From contig CAVRXE010000008.1 of NCBI GenBank assembly GCA_963725055.1, positions 53,568 to 117,567 of the forward strand: DNA of 64,000 nt, read 5' to 3'. This document shows positions 39,254 through 49,659 of the stretch, one piece after another. This DNA is from Candidatus Deferrimicrobiaceae bacterium. GTDB lineage: Bacteria; Desulfobacterota; Deferrimicrobia; Deferrimicrobiales; Deferrimicrobiaceae. The translations under genes and the position numbers were made by a program. Position 1 is the stretch's first letter. Every line of letters starts with the position of its first letter. The notes below the pieces were generated by a model. It made no database searches. It saw only the letters and a program-made list of their open reading frames with translations, and was not told where the DNA came from.

Positions 39254-40504
39254 TCAGGAGAGGGGCTCGCCCTCGTCTTCGGGGGCGGGCCGGGTGGCGC
39301 GGTCGACGATTTCCGGTGGGGCGATCTCCTCGCGGTCCGAGGTCACACGGAGCTCCCGCAGCCGGCGCGCCCCGGGGAGGACGCGCGACTCGTACGATCC
39401 CACGGCGCTGTTGTACGCGGAGACCGCCTTGTCCAGCCCGTCGCGGATACGGGCGAAATGCTCGGTGAACTTTACGATCCGGTCGTACATCTCCTTCCCC
39501 AGCCGGCTGATCTCCTGCGCGTTTTCCGCGACCTGTTCCTGACGCCAGCCGTAGGCGACGGCCTTCAGCAGCGCGATGAGCGTCGTGGGGGTGGCGAGGA
39601 TCACCCGCTCGCCGGCGCCGAATTCGATGAGCCCGGGATCCTGTTCCAGCGCGGCGCTGAAAAACGTCTCGCCGGGAAGGAACAGGACGGCGAACTCGGG
39701 GGCGGGGGCGAACTGGTCCCAGTACCCCTTGGAGGCCAGGGAGGAAAGGTGGGCGCGGATCTGCCGGGCGTGATCCTTGAGCCGCGCCGTCCGGGTCGCT
39801 TCGTCCGGCGCCTCGAGGGCCTCGAGGTACGCGGAGAGGGGGGCCTTGGCGTCCACCACGATGTTCTTGTGGTTGGGCAGCTTCACGATCATGTCGGGCC
39901 GCAGGCGCCCGTCCTCGGTGGTCACGCTCTCCTGCTCGACGAAGTCGCAGTGCGCGAGCATCCCCGCGATCTCGACGACGCGCTTGAGCTGGATCTCCCC
40001 CCAGCGGCCGCGAACCGTGGGCGCCCGCAGCGCCTTCACCAGGTTCGCCGTCTCCGACTGGAGACGCCCCTGCGTGTCGATCAGGGAGCGGACCTGCTCC
40101 GCCAGCGTGGCGTCGGCGACGAACCGCGCCTTCTCGAGCTCCCCGATCTTCGAGTCCACCCTCTGAAGGGAGTCGCGCATCGGCAGGAGCAGCGCGTCGA
40201 TCGCCTGCTGGCGCATCTCGAGATCGCCGCGCGCCCCCTCCTGGAACGTCTCCAGGGTGGCCTTCGCAAGGGCCAGGAAGGACTGGTTGTTGCTGCGCAG
40301 CGCGTCCGACGAGAGGGCCTGGAACGCCTCCTTGAGCTTCTCCCTCGCCTCGTTCAGGACGGAGAGCTTCTCGTCCATGAGCCGTTCCTGCCCCTGCAAT
40401 CTCTCGACGAGCGTCGCGACCTGTCCCGCGCGGAGAAGCCACCCCGCGGCGATGCCCGCCGCGAGCGCGGCGAGGACGAGGAAGAGGACGACGACACCCT
40501 CCAT
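39254..40504 (-). CDS. rmuC: DNA recombination protein RmuC
   Basis: N-terminal TM helix, a long coiled coil, then the conserved RmuC C-terminal nuclease-like region ([16 protein letters not shown]..., [11 protein letters not shown]). Confidence 0.75.
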   Translation of the reverse strand: MEGVVVLFLVLAALAAGIAAGWLLRAGQVATLVERLQGQERLMDEKLSVLNEAREKLKEAFQALSSDALRSNNQSFLALAKATLETFQEGARGDLEMRQQAIDALLLPMRDSLQRVDSKIGELEKARFVADATLAEQVRSLIDTQGRLQSETANLVKALRAPTVRGRWGEIQLKRVVEIAGMLAHCDFVEQESVTTEDGRLRPDMIVKLPNHKNIVVDAKAPLSAYLEALEAPDEATRTARLKDHARQIRAHLSSLASKGYWDQFAPAPEFAVLFLPGETFFSAALEQDPGLIEFGAGERVILATPTTLIALLKAVAYGWRQEQVAENAQEISRLGKEMYDRIVKFTEHFARIRDGLDKAVSAYNSAVGSYESRVLPGARRLRELRVTSDREEIAPPEIVDRATRPAPEDEGEPLS

Positions 40505-40539
40505 CAATCCTCCTCCGCGTGCCCTGCGCAGCCGCACCC

Positions 40540-40942
40540 GCCCATGCCGCACTCCTCGATGGCCGGAGGGAACGGCGGAGAAGTGCGCGGAAACCACCCG
40601 GGGCGGCTCCTCTCCGGTCTTGACCCAGAGGGTGGCCCGGATCCGCGCCTCGCCGATCCCCTCCTCCTCGTCTTCCAGCACGATCTTCTGGATCGCGTGG
40701 AGGACGGCGATCCCGCCGAAGTCGTCGCAGCGCAGAAGGTCGAAGGACATCCGGCCCGTCGCGTCGAACGCCGCCTCGAGCATCGCCGAGTACGCGCCGC
40801 CGTCGATCAGGTCCCCGGTGAAATCCTCGAAGACCGCGAACCGCGCGTCCGACAGGTCGAAGAAGGTCCGCATCCCCTCCGGGTCCCGTTCGTTGTACGC
40901 CCCCGCGTACCGGTCAAGAAAGTCTTGCGCGTCGAACCCCAT
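40540..40942 (-). CDS. SnoaL/NTF2-like small domain ORF, in frame with rmuC with no intervening stop
   Basis: About 125 aa ([20 protein letters not shown]...) with the composition and length of SnoaL-like/DUF4440 proteins. The same ORF continues into the rmuC start codon. Confidence 0.35.
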
Positions 40943-41058
40943 GATCCGCCCCTTTACGATGAACGTACCGTCATCATAGCAGAGAGGGGACGGCCGGTCG
41001 CCCGGCCGCCCCCTCCTTTATGTCATCGCCCGCTACGAACCGGCGGGCGTCCCGGTCG

Positions 41059-42633
41059 TCAGTTATTGACCTGCTCGAACCCGACTTCCATCCTGGAGCC
41101 GTCGGACGGCGGGTTGATCCTCGGCGGCCCGCCGGTGAATATCCCCCGTTTCACCTTCACGATGGTTCCCGCTCCCCGGATGGCAAGCTCGGTGAAAAAT
41201 GCGGTCTGGTCCGCAATGGAGACATCCCCCTCGTCGAAATAATCCGTAGTGGTGAAATCCGTTCTCACCGTCACACCGATCAAGACCAGATTCGGCGACC
41301 CGATCGGTGCGGAGACGGGCGCCTGGAACGTGACCGTGCCGGCCGGCGTTGTACCCAGTCGCTCTACCTTCGCCGCGATCACCTTCCCCGGCAGCACCGT
41401 GTTGTCGAACGCACCGACCACGCGCACGGTGTCGCTGGGGGAGATACGGGAAAGGTCGAAGTTCCTGCGGATCGCACCTGTCTGGTCCCTGAACAGGGTG
41501 AAATCGTCGACCTCCACCGTCTTCCCGAGGAGCGTCATCGAGGTTCCGGAAGGCGGAGAATCCGGCGACCCCTCCATCAGGATGTCGTTTGCCCTCAGCG
41601 TAGTGACAGCAGAAGCTTGCACCGTGGTGCCCGCGGATCCGGTGACCGTCCCCTTCACCCGGACCCTCTGACGGAGACCGAAGGTCCCTCCGGTCGGCGC
41701 GTTCCCGCTGTTCACCGTCACCGTTCCGTCAGGCACGCCCATCACGAAGGAGGCTTCGGTCCCGCTCAGCACATATCCCTCCACCATGACACGATCCCGG
41801 GGGCTCCCGAGGGATACCGTCTTCACTTCGACGAGGTCTCCGCTACGGTCGGTCCTTACGACCCCGGACCCGCCCACGGCGTCCAGCAGACCCCGGACCT
41901 CCGCGAACAGACCGTCTGTAAGGCCCGTCGCGGGCCAGTTCACCTTTCCGCCAGCGGCAAGCCCGGAATAGTCGACTTGTTGCGCCCCAATGAAAAACGT
42001 CCGGAACAAGGTGTCCAGGTTTGAGATCTTCCCCCGTAATTCCACATTGTCGTCGGCTACGACATTGTCACGGCCCCTTCCGATGAATGTGGCGTGGATC
42101 ACCCCCAGGTCGTCGACACCCCCGTGCACCTCCAGTTCCGGATGGAGGGTGTTGTCGAGATCGGCCTTGAGGGCGACCAGGTCGGTTTCACCTCCGGAGA
42201 AGCGAACGAATACGGTTCCGGGGCTCACTAGTACGGTCTGCCCGAGAACCTTGACCGAATTATTGGAGAGCGCCACACCGTTATCGTCCACGGGTCCTCG
42301 TACCTCGCGCTCGATGGTGATCTTGCTCGCGGCGCCCGATCGAAAGCTCTGATCGAGCGTTCCATGCACGGTGACCACCATCCCCTCGATTACGTCGTCG
42401 ATCGTCCTTCCCTCGTCGTCCACGACAATCGTCGTGTTGTCCTCCGAGAAAACCGCCCCTGCGAGCTTGATGCTGCCGAACCCGGTGACCGGCCCGATGC
42501 CCGTGCCGTCCGTGTTCTCACCGTCGCCTAAAAAGGTGAGGTCCACCGTGGGCCACCAGCAAGAGGACAAGGAGAGGATGCAACCCAGCGCAAAGATCCC
42601 CAGCAAGACCGCTGCGCCCGGCCGGTTCTTCAT
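41059..42633 (-). CDS. Repetitive lipoprotein with DUF5666-like repeats
   Basis: Lipobox LSLSSC followed by repeated G-x-V/I-x-A/V...GTVT segments rich in Gly/Thr/Val. Family assignment is from memory. Confidence 0.5.
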   Translation of the reverse strand: MKNRPGAAVLLGIFALGCILSLSSCWWPTVDLTFLGDGENTDGTGIGPVTGFGSIKLAGAVFSEDNTTIVVDDEGRTIDDVIEGMVVTVHGTLDQSFRSGAASKITIEREVRGPVDDNGVALSNNSVKVLGQTVLVSPGTVFVRFSGGETDLVALKADLDNTLHPELEVHGGVDDLGVIHATFIGRGRDNVVADDNVELRGKISNLDTLFRTFFIGAQQVDYSGLAAGGKVNWPATGLTDGLFAEVRGLLDAVGGSGVVRTDRSGDLVEVKTVSLGSPRDRVMVEGYVLSGTEASFVMGVPDGTVTVNSGNAPTGGTFGLRQRVRVKGTVTGSAGTTVQASAVTTLRANDILMEGSPDSPPSGTSMTLLGKTVEVDDFTLFRDQTGAIRRNFDLSRISPSDTVRVVGAFDNTVLPGKVIAAKVERLGTTPAGTVTFQAPVSAPIGSPNLVLIGVTVRTDFTTTDYFDEGDVSIADQTAFFTELAIRGAGTIVKVKRGIFTGGPPRINPPSDGSRMEVGFEQVNN

Positions 42634-42740
42634 CGTGTTTCCCCTCCTCGTCGCCATATCTATTGAATGGTATTACAACAGAGGAACGCCTGTCCCGTTC
42701 TTCCTCGTTCCCGTCCCGCGGGGGTGGTACGATACCCCGC

Positions 42741-43965
42741 ATGTCCGCGCTTCTGAACGCGTTCGCCAACCGGCGCATCTTCTTCGTCCTGCTGCTCGGA
42801 TTTTCCTCCGGAATCCCGCTGGCCCTGACCGGCACGACCCTGCAGGCGTGGATGACGACCGAACATGTCGACCTGACGGTGATCGGGGTCTTCTCCCTCG
42901 TCGGCCTGCCGTACACGTTCAAGTTCCTCTGGTCCCCCTTGATGGACCGGTTCGTCCCTCCCTTCCTCGGGCGTCGCCGCGGGTGGATGCTGGTGACCCA
43001 GGCGGCCCTCTTCCTCGTCATCGCGGCGATGGCGTTCTCCGACGCCTGCGGCGCATCCCGGCGCGCTGGCGCTCCTGTCGTTCCTCGTCGCCTTCTGCAG
43101 CGCGAGCCAGGACATCGTGGTCGACGCCTGGCGCACCGAGGTCCTCGCCCCGGAGGAGCTGGGACCGGGAGCGGGCGTGCACATCCTCGGATACCGCGTG
43201 GCGATGCTCACCTCGGGCGCGGTCGCCCTGATCCTCGCCGACCGGATGCCGTGGCGCGTCGTCTATCTCCTGATGGCAGGCTCCCTCGTCGTCGGGATGA
43301 CCGCGTCCTTTCTCGCCCCGGAACCGGAACTGGCTACGAAGAGGCCGAGAACGCTGAAGGAGGCGGTCGTCGAGCCGTTCCTGGAGTTTTTCTCCCGGCG
43401 CGGCGCGATCGGGATCCTGCTCTTCATCGTCTTCTACAAGCTCGACGTGGTGATGGCGACCGCGTTGACGACCCCGTTCCTCCTCGAGCTCGGGTTCACG
43501 ATGACCGACATCGGGGCCGTGACGAAGGGATTGGGGATGATCGCGACAATCGGGGGGACCCTCGCGGGCGGGGCCGTCGTCGCCCGGATCGGCATGAAGG
43601 GCTCCCTGTGGATCTTCGGGCTCCTCCAGTCGGTGTCCACCCTCGCGTTCCTCGCGCTGGCCCGCCTCGGGCATCATTACCCGATGATGGTGGCGGCGAT
43701 CGGGATCGAGAACCTGTGCAGCGGGATGGGAACGGCGGCCTACGCCGCCTTCCTCATGAGCCTGTGTGACAAGCGGTTCACCGCCACCCAGTACGCCCTG
43801 CTCACCAGCCTCATGGCCGTCACGCGCGTGGTCGTCGGCGCGCCGACGGGATTCGTCGCGAAGACGTACGGCTGGGAAACCTACTTCATCATCAGCGCCC
43901 TCGCCGCCATACCGGGCCTCCTCTTCCTGCTCCGGTACGACCGGTGGAAGGCCCCGTCCGCGTGA
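42741..43965 (+). CDS. ampG: AmpG-family MFS muropeptide permease, with an apparent 1-bp frame change near 43045-43055
   Basis: The N-terminal part (MSALLNAFANRRIFFVLLLGFSSGIP...) and the part from ALLSFLVAFCSASQDIVVDAWRTE... are both AmpG-like but in different frames. Confidence 0.7.
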
Positions 43966-43984
43966 CATTGGCGCCCGCGGCACC

Positions 43985-44220
43985 TCCGCTTCTCCGCAGG
44001 GGGGCTCCCCGCTCGCATCCGACCGCGCGGCTCCCCGGCTCCACCCAGCAAACGTGCTCTGCGTTCATCTCCCAGCGTATTTTCGATATCCATCGACCCG
44101 AGAAAGTCCTTCACCTAAATAATCGCGAGGTCTCCGCCGGTTCCACACTTACGGTCTCCGCTCGGGGGACCCCCCTGCTTCGTGCGCTTCGCACTGCGGG
44201 TGGCAGCCCCGCCACGGTAC
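43985..44220. repeat. Second copy of the GC-rich non-coding element seen at 33140-33430
   Basis: Shared 5-prime 35-mer and an internal 30-mer, same orientation. Lies between the ampG end and the AOR start. Confidence 0.3.
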
Positions 44221-44230
44221 AATGAGGCGG

Positions 44231-45967
44231 ATGTCCCAGCGTGAACATATGCTCGTCGTCGACCTCTCCTCCGGGCGGATGCGGCGGGAGGAGATCCCCC
44301 CGGCCCTCCTCCGGGCGTACCTCGGGGGGCGCGGGCTCGGCGTGCGCCTGCTCCGCGGTCGCCACACCCTTTCCCCGTTCGATCCGGCGATGCCGGTCGT
44401 CTTCGCCGTCGGCCCCCTGTGCGGGACGCCGGCGCCGACGTCCGCGCGCATCGAAGTCGTCTCCCGCTCTCCCCTGACGGGGACCGTGTACGACTGCTCC
44501 GCGGGGGGCCGGTTCGCGTGGCGCCTCCGCGCCGCGGGACTCTTCGCGATCGTCGTCGAGGGGAGAAGCCCCCGCCCCGTCGTGCTCGCCGTCACCTCCG
44601 CCGGGGAGGAGCTGCTCCCCGCCGAAGGCCTGTGGGCGAAGGGCGTGGGAGAGACGGTGCGCGCCCTGTCGGACCGCGGAAGCGTCGCCGCCATCGGCCC
44701 CGCGGGGGAAAACGGGGTCCTCTTCTCCAACATCATGATGGGCGAGGGGAACGCGGTGGGACGGGGGGGCCTGGGCGCCGTCCTGGGATCGAAGAACCTG
44801 AAGGCGGTGACCGTCGACGGCGACCTGCGCACCCCCGTCGCGAACCGGGAGCGCTTCGACCGGGCGCGCGCCGACGTGATGCGCCTGTTCCGCGCGTCTC
44901 CCGTGATCTTCGGGGAATTGGGCATCGCCGAGTACGGGACCCCCGCGCTGGTCGACCTCATGCGGCAGCGGCGGATGGCGCCCACGGAGAACTTCCGCCG
45001 CACGGTGTTCGAGGAGTCGTCGGCGTACTCCGGACCCGCGATCCGGGCGGCGTACGGCGCGAAAAAGGACGGCTGCTACGGGTGCCCGATCCAGTGCAAG
45101 AAGAGCGGCGCGGACGGGCGCCACCTGCCGGAGTACGAGACGGTCTCCCACTTCGGCGCCCTGAACGGCATCGCGGACCTCCACGCCATCGTCCGCTCGA
45201 ACGACGCCTGCAACGACCTCGGGATGGACACGATCTCCGCCGCGGCCACCCTTTCCGCGTGGGGCGAGGCGCGGGGACGGTTCCCCTCCCCGGAAGAGAT
45301 CGGCCCGCTTCTCCACGACATCGCCCACCGGAGGGGCGAGGGGGATCTTCTCTCGGAGGGGTCCCGGCGGGTGGCGGAGGCCCTCGGGAAACCGGGGGTC
45401 TCGATGTCGGTCAAGTCGCTGGAACTGCCCGCCTACGACCCGCGCGGGGCGTACGGGATGGCGCTGGCCTACGCCACCAGCAACCGGGGCGGATGCCATC
45501 TGCGGGCGTACCCGATCTCCCACGAGATCCTTCGCAAGCCGGTGGCGTCGGACCGGTTCTCCTTCTCGGGGAAGGCGCGGATGATCAAGATCGCGGAGGA
45601 CGTGAACGCGGCGGTGGACTCCCTCGTGGCGTGCAAGTTCGCCTTCTTCGGCGCGTCGCTCGAGGAGTACGCCGAACTTCTCGCAGGGACGACGGGGGAG
45701 CTTCACACCCCGCAGTCGCTCAAGGAGATCGGGGAACGGATCTGGCTTACGGAGCGGTCCTATAACGCGCGGAACGGCTTCACGAGGGCGGACGACGACC
45801 TGCCGGAGCGTTTCTTCACGGAGGCGGGCTCCTCCGGCGAGGGGATCGACGTCCCCCCGATCGACCGCGCCCGCTTCGGGGAGGAGCTGACGAAGTATTA
45901 CCGGATCCGGGGGCTGCGGGACGACGGCTCCTTCCCGGACGACGGGTTCCTCGAGCGGCAGCCGTGA
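44231..45967 (+). CDS. Tungsten-type aldehyde:ferredoxin oxidoreductase (AOR family)
   Basis: AOR N-terminal domain (MLVVDLSSGRM...YLGGRGLG). C-terminal domain with the 4Fe-4S Cys ligands CYGCPIQC. Confidence 0.85.
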   Translation: MSQREHMLVVDLSSGRMRREEIPPALLRAYLGGRGLGVRLLRGRHTLSPFDPAMPVVFAVGPLCGTPAPTSARIEVVSRSPLTGTVYDCSAGGRFAWRLRAAGLFAIVVEGRSPRPVVLAVTSAGEELLPAEGLWAKGVGETVRALSDRGSVAAIGPAGENGVLFSNIMMGEGNAVGRGGLGAVLGSKNLKAVTVDGDLRTPVANRERFDRARADVMRLFRASPVIFGELGIAEYGTPALVDLMRQRRMAPTENFRRTVFEESSAYSGPAIRAAYGAKKDGCYGCPIQCKKSGADGRHLPEYETVSHFGALNGIADLHAIVRSNDACNDLGMDTISAAATLSAWGEARGRFPSPEEIGPLLHDIAHRRGEGDLLSEGSRRVAEALGKPGVSMSVKSLELPAYDPRGAYGMALAYATSNRGGCHLRAYPISHEILRKPVASDRFSFSGKARMIKIAEDVNAAVDSLVACKFAFFGASLEEYAELLAGTTGELHTPQSLKEIGERIWLTERSYNARNGFTRADDDLPERFFTEAGSSGEGIDVPPIDRARFGEELTKYYRIRGLRDDGSFPDDGFLERQP

Positions 45968-47139
45968 GGTCCCTGATCGCGAAATACGCGGGGAAGCTGG
46001 AAAGGGACCGCTCGGTCGTCGCCGGCCGTGTCGGCATCGCCGCCCAGGACGACGCGATGCTCTCCGAAGGCGCCCCCGACCTGTCGCGCCTGGCCGCCAA
46101 CGTCCTGTCGCGCCTGTCGTGCCTGGGGGTCGTCGCCGCGTCGCCCTCCCTTCCCTTCGCGGAGTTCCTGCTTCGCCGGGCAAGCGCCGACGCGGAAGCG
46201 ATCGTCCCCCTGGACACGGAGACCCGGACATTCCTTCACGACATCCCGATCGTGCGGCGGGAAGAGCTCGCCGGGGACCCCGCGCGCGCAATCGCCGCGC
46301 AACTTTCGAACCGGAAGGGGGTGATCGCGGAAGGCGTGGGGATCGTCGCGACGGGGCCGGTGACGCTCGAGCAGGCGTACATCCATTACTCCTCCGTCTT
46401 CCACGCCGCCTTCGTCAAGTACCTGCTGGATGCGCTGCAGGCGGGTTTCGTCCTGCCGGGGGAGGCGGAGGCATTCCGCGCGTTCCGGGAGAAGTTCCTT
46501 CGGCCCCCGACGGCGAAGGGGCTCTCCTTCCGCGCCGGCCCCCTCGACGATCCGGAAGAGGTTCTTTCGGAGATCCGCGCCGTGGGCCGGTACACCGTCG
46601 AGCGGGGGCTGGTCGATTCCTTCTTCGGAAACATCTCCTATCGGGTCGGCGAGACGATCTTCATCTCCCAGACCGCGGCGTCCCTCGACGACCTCGCCGG
46701 ATGCATCGACCCGGTCCCGACGGATAACCGGTCGACGACCGGGATCACCGCCTCCAGCGAACTGCTCGCCCACCGCCGCATCTACGAGGCGACCGGCGCG
46801 CGGGCGATCCTGCACGGCCACCCGAAGTTCGCCGTTGCGATGAGCATGCTGTGCGAGGAGAAGGATTGCCCCATCAAGGATTGCTGGAAGGATTGCACCC
46901 GGGTTCGGATGCTGGGAGACACGCCGATCGTGGCGGGGGAGATCGGGGCCGGGGGACTGGCCGTGCGGGTCCCGCCCGTCATCGGCGGCCCGGGGAAGAC
47001 GATCGTATACGGTCACGGCGTCTTCGCGATCGGGAAGGACGGGTTCGAAGAGGCGTTCCGCTCGATGGTGGACGTGGAGAACCGGTGCCGGGAGGAGTAT
47101 TTCCGGCGGCTCGACGCCCGTATGCGTCGCACCCTTTAA
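45964..47139 (+). CDS. Double class-II-aldolase/adducin-like protein with a C-terminal Cys cluster
   Basis: The second half has the class II aldolase HGHP motif (ILHGHPKFAV). The first half is a degenerate copy. The C-terminus is CEEKDCPIKDCWKDC. The GTG start overlaps the AOR stop. Confidence 0.55.
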   Translation: MRSLIAKYAGKLERDRSVVAGRVGIAAQDDAMLSEGAPDLSRLAANVLSRLSCLGVVAASPSLPFAEFLLRRASADAEAIVPLDTETRTFLHDIPIVRREELAGDPARAIAAQLSNRKGVIAEGVGIVATGPVTLEQAYIHYSSVFHAAFVKYLLDALQAGFVLPGEAEAFRAFREKFLRPPTAKGLSFRAGPLDDPEEVLSEIRAVGRYTVERGLVDSFFGNISYRVGETIFISQTAASLDDLAGCIDPVPTDNRSTTGITASSELLAHRRIYEATGARAILHGHPKFAVAMSMLCEEKDCPIKDCWKDCTRVRMLGDTPIVAGEIGAGGLAVRVPPVIGGPGKTIVYGHGVFAIGKDGFEEAFRSMVDVENRCREEYFRRLDARMRRTL

Positions 47140-47140
47140 T

Positions 47141-47360
47141 TCGGCTGCGTCGCCTCGGAGGACGGGGCTCCGTTCGTGGCTCGCCGTGCGATGAACCTGC
47201 ACGGCTGCGCTCCGGCTTCCAGGGCTCCATTCCCTCAGATCCCGGCATTCAAGTCCGGCTGCGCCCCCTCGGAGGGCAGGGCTTCGTTCGTGGCTCGCCG
47301 TGCGGTGAACCTGCACGGCTGCGCTTTACCTCACTCCGCCCTCCCTCCTGCGGCGGCTCC
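47141..47360 (+). repeat. Two tandem copies (period about 106 bp) of the intergenic repeat family also found at 17462-17574 and 8330-8350
   Basis: Copy 1 is 47141-47215. Copy 2 is 47247-47322 plus a 40-bp tail shared with the 17.5-kb copy. About 90% identity between copies. Lies between convergent genes. Confidence 0.55.
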
Positions 47361-47528
47361 GCCGTACCTTCTTGGTGCACATCCTCTGCGGTAAAGGAAC
47401 CCTGGAAGCCGGCCTCACTCTGCCCCCCGTTCTTCCTACTGCGGGGGTACACCAGGGAGCGCATTTCGTATGGGAGTGGGGCGCCCCGCCTCCTGCGGCG
47501 ACTTCGCCGGACTAATGAAACGGCGCGC

Positions 47529-48718
47529 TCAGTCGAAGTCGGAGTAGATCTCCCCGAAGTGAGCCCGGCGTACTGGGCCTGCTGCTCCTGGGTTCCGATC
47601 TTGACCCGCGCGTACTGCAGGTCCTGGCTGGTGCTGCCGTTGCGGATCCCCGCGTACGCCTCGACGAAGGCGGCGAGGTGGTCGGCCCGCTTGACCAGCT
47701 CCCCGTCCTTCGGGTTGTAGGCGTCCTCGTTGTACTTCCCCTGCAGGTCGGCGGCCGACACCGTGGTCAGCACCCCGTCCACCGTGGCGAAGTTCTCGAA
47801 CTCCCGCTCGGAGAACATCTCGAACTCGGCGTGCCACCGCTCGGGCAGCAGCACGTACACCTCCTGGTCCATCCGCTCCTTCTCGTACCCCTTGATCAGC
47901 TCGCTCAACCCCTCCACGGACCGCTTCACGGGGGAGATGATGTCGCGGGTGAGCACCTCCGGCAGGTCGTGGAACAGCCCGGTGATGTAGTTGTTGACGC
48001 ACCGCCGCGGGCACGCCTTGATCTCCAGGGAGAACAGGTACGAGAGGATCGCGACGTAGAGGGAGTGGCCGAGGACGGAGGTCTTCGGGATCCGGTGGAG
48101 GTGCGCCCAGCGGGACTGGAACCGGAGCTGACCGCACAGGTCGATGAAGTTGCGGAAGCGGCGCTCCGAGGCGAGGAGCGCCATCCCCTCCAGGTCGTGG
48201 AATCCGGCGACCTTCGCGTCGAGGTCCGCGCGGATCTCGTCGATCTCGTACCCGCCGGGGTTCGCCCGCTCGACGATCAGGAACTCCCACCGGGTCGCGT
48301 AGAAATGGGCGGCCGTGAGGATCCGCCGCTCCACCGAGTCCTCCGGCTCGAGAAAGTGGTCCTGGTACCGACGGCAGAACGCCTTCCCGAGGGGCGAGAT
48401 CAGGGGCCGGAGCTCCCCGTACACCCACTCGTTCATCTGCCGGTACTTCTTCGTGTCGGCCTTGATCTTGTAGAAGATCTGCGGCTTCAGGTCGGTGATC
48501 ACGATCCGCTGGAAGAGCTCGAAGAGCCCTCCCTCGATGAGCCGGGTCCAGTGGATCGACGTCCCGCGATCCTCCTCGACCCGCGCGAGGAACCAGGCGA
48601 CGATCATCTTGTGCGCCTGCTTGTCGAGCTCGATCAGCTCGACCGGCCGGATCTTGTCGTTCCACCGCTGCATGTAGGCGGCGTCGAGGAACTTCAGCAG
48701 CAGCGCCTTCCGGATCAT
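47529..48718 (-). CDS. HD-domain phosphohydrolase-like protein. The C-terminus is in a different frame from the six-frame ORF (apparent frameshift at about 47570-47580)
   Basis: Lys/Phe/Tyr-rich sequence with GHSLYVAIL...GLFHDLPE HD motifs. The long ORF runs on through the repeat to 47249. The alternative frame ends GEIYSDFD* at 47529 before the repeat. Confidence 0.6.
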
Positions 48719-48748
48719 CCGCGCGGCCTCCCGAGACGAGCCTGCTCC

Positions 48749-49633
48749 CTACTCCTTCGGCACAAGGATGATCTCGATCCTCCGGTTCTTCGCCTTCCCC
48801 TCCGCCGTGTCGTTGGTGGCGACCGGCTTCCACTCCCCGTAGGCGGCGGCCGAGAGATTCGCGGGATCGATCCCCTGGTCCTGCAGGAACCGCGTGACGT
48901 TGACCGCCCGCGCCGCGGAGAGCTCCCAGTTCGTCGGATACCGCTGAGCGAGGGCGCGGCTGATCTGCACGTCGTCCGTGTGCCCTTCGATCCGGATCGA
49001 CTTGTCCTTCACGTCCTTCAGGATCGAGACGACCTTTCCCAGGATTTCGAGCCCGCCCTTCTTGACCTCGGCCCTCCCCGAGTCGAAGAGGATCGAGTCG
49101 ACCATGTTGACCGTCAGCTTCCCCTTGAGCTCCGAGATCGTGATCTGCCCCTTGGAGATCTCCGACTTCATCTTTTCGATCATGTCTTCGTAGGTCGAGC
49201 TGACTTTCTGGACCTGCTCCTCCCTGGCCTTCACCAGGCTCGCGTTCTCCGCCTTGAGCTTCGTGTTTTCCGCGTCGAGGTCGGCGACCTTCCTGCGCAG
49301 CTCGGAGATGGACTGCGAAAGGTTGTCGGATCTGGACCGCAATATCCTGTCGAGCTCCTCCTTGTCCGAGACGGCCTTGTCCCGCTGGTCGGTGACGTAG
49401 GACAGGTCGGTGGTCAGCTTTTCATTCTGGAGCGTCATCCCCGCCAGGTCGGCCTTGAGCACGGCGTTCTCCGCAATAAGGTCGTCGTTTTTCTTCTGCA
49501 GCTCGGCGAGGCGCTTCGTGAGGGAGTCCGCCTCGTCCACTTTTCTCTGGTAAGTGGACTGCATCACCGAACAGGCGGACAGGCCTGCCGCCAGCAACGC
49601 GACCAGGAGCGAGAGAACGATTTTCTTCGGCAT
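48749..49633 (-). CDS. OmpA-family lipoprotein with an N-terminal coiled coil
   Basis: Lipobox LAAGLSAC and a long coiled coil. C-terminal OmpA/MotB domain with NRRIEI. Confidence 0.8.
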   Translation of the reverse strand: MPKKIVLSLLVALLAAGLSACSVMQSTYQRKVDEADSLTKRLAELQKKNDDLIAENAVLKADLAGMTLQNEKLTTDLSYVTDQRDKAVSDKEELDRILRSRSDNLSQSISELRRKVADLDAENTKLKAENASLVKAREEQVQKVSSTYEDMIEKMKSEISKGQITISELKGKLTVNMVDSILFDSGRAEVKKGGLEILGKVVSILKDVKDKSIRIEGHTDDVQISRALAQRYPTNWELSAARAVNVTRFLQDQGIDPANLSAAAYGEWKPVATNDTAEGKAKNRRIEIILVPKE

Positions 49634-49659
49634 GACGACCCTCCTTTCCCCTACTTCCT

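Noticed and set aside
47249-47560. C-terminal 100 aa of the six-frame HD-protein ORF as real coding sequence
   Set aside because: That segment is the intergenic repeat translated (Arg/Pro/Gly-rich). The conserved protein continues instead in an adjacent frame and stops at 47529.
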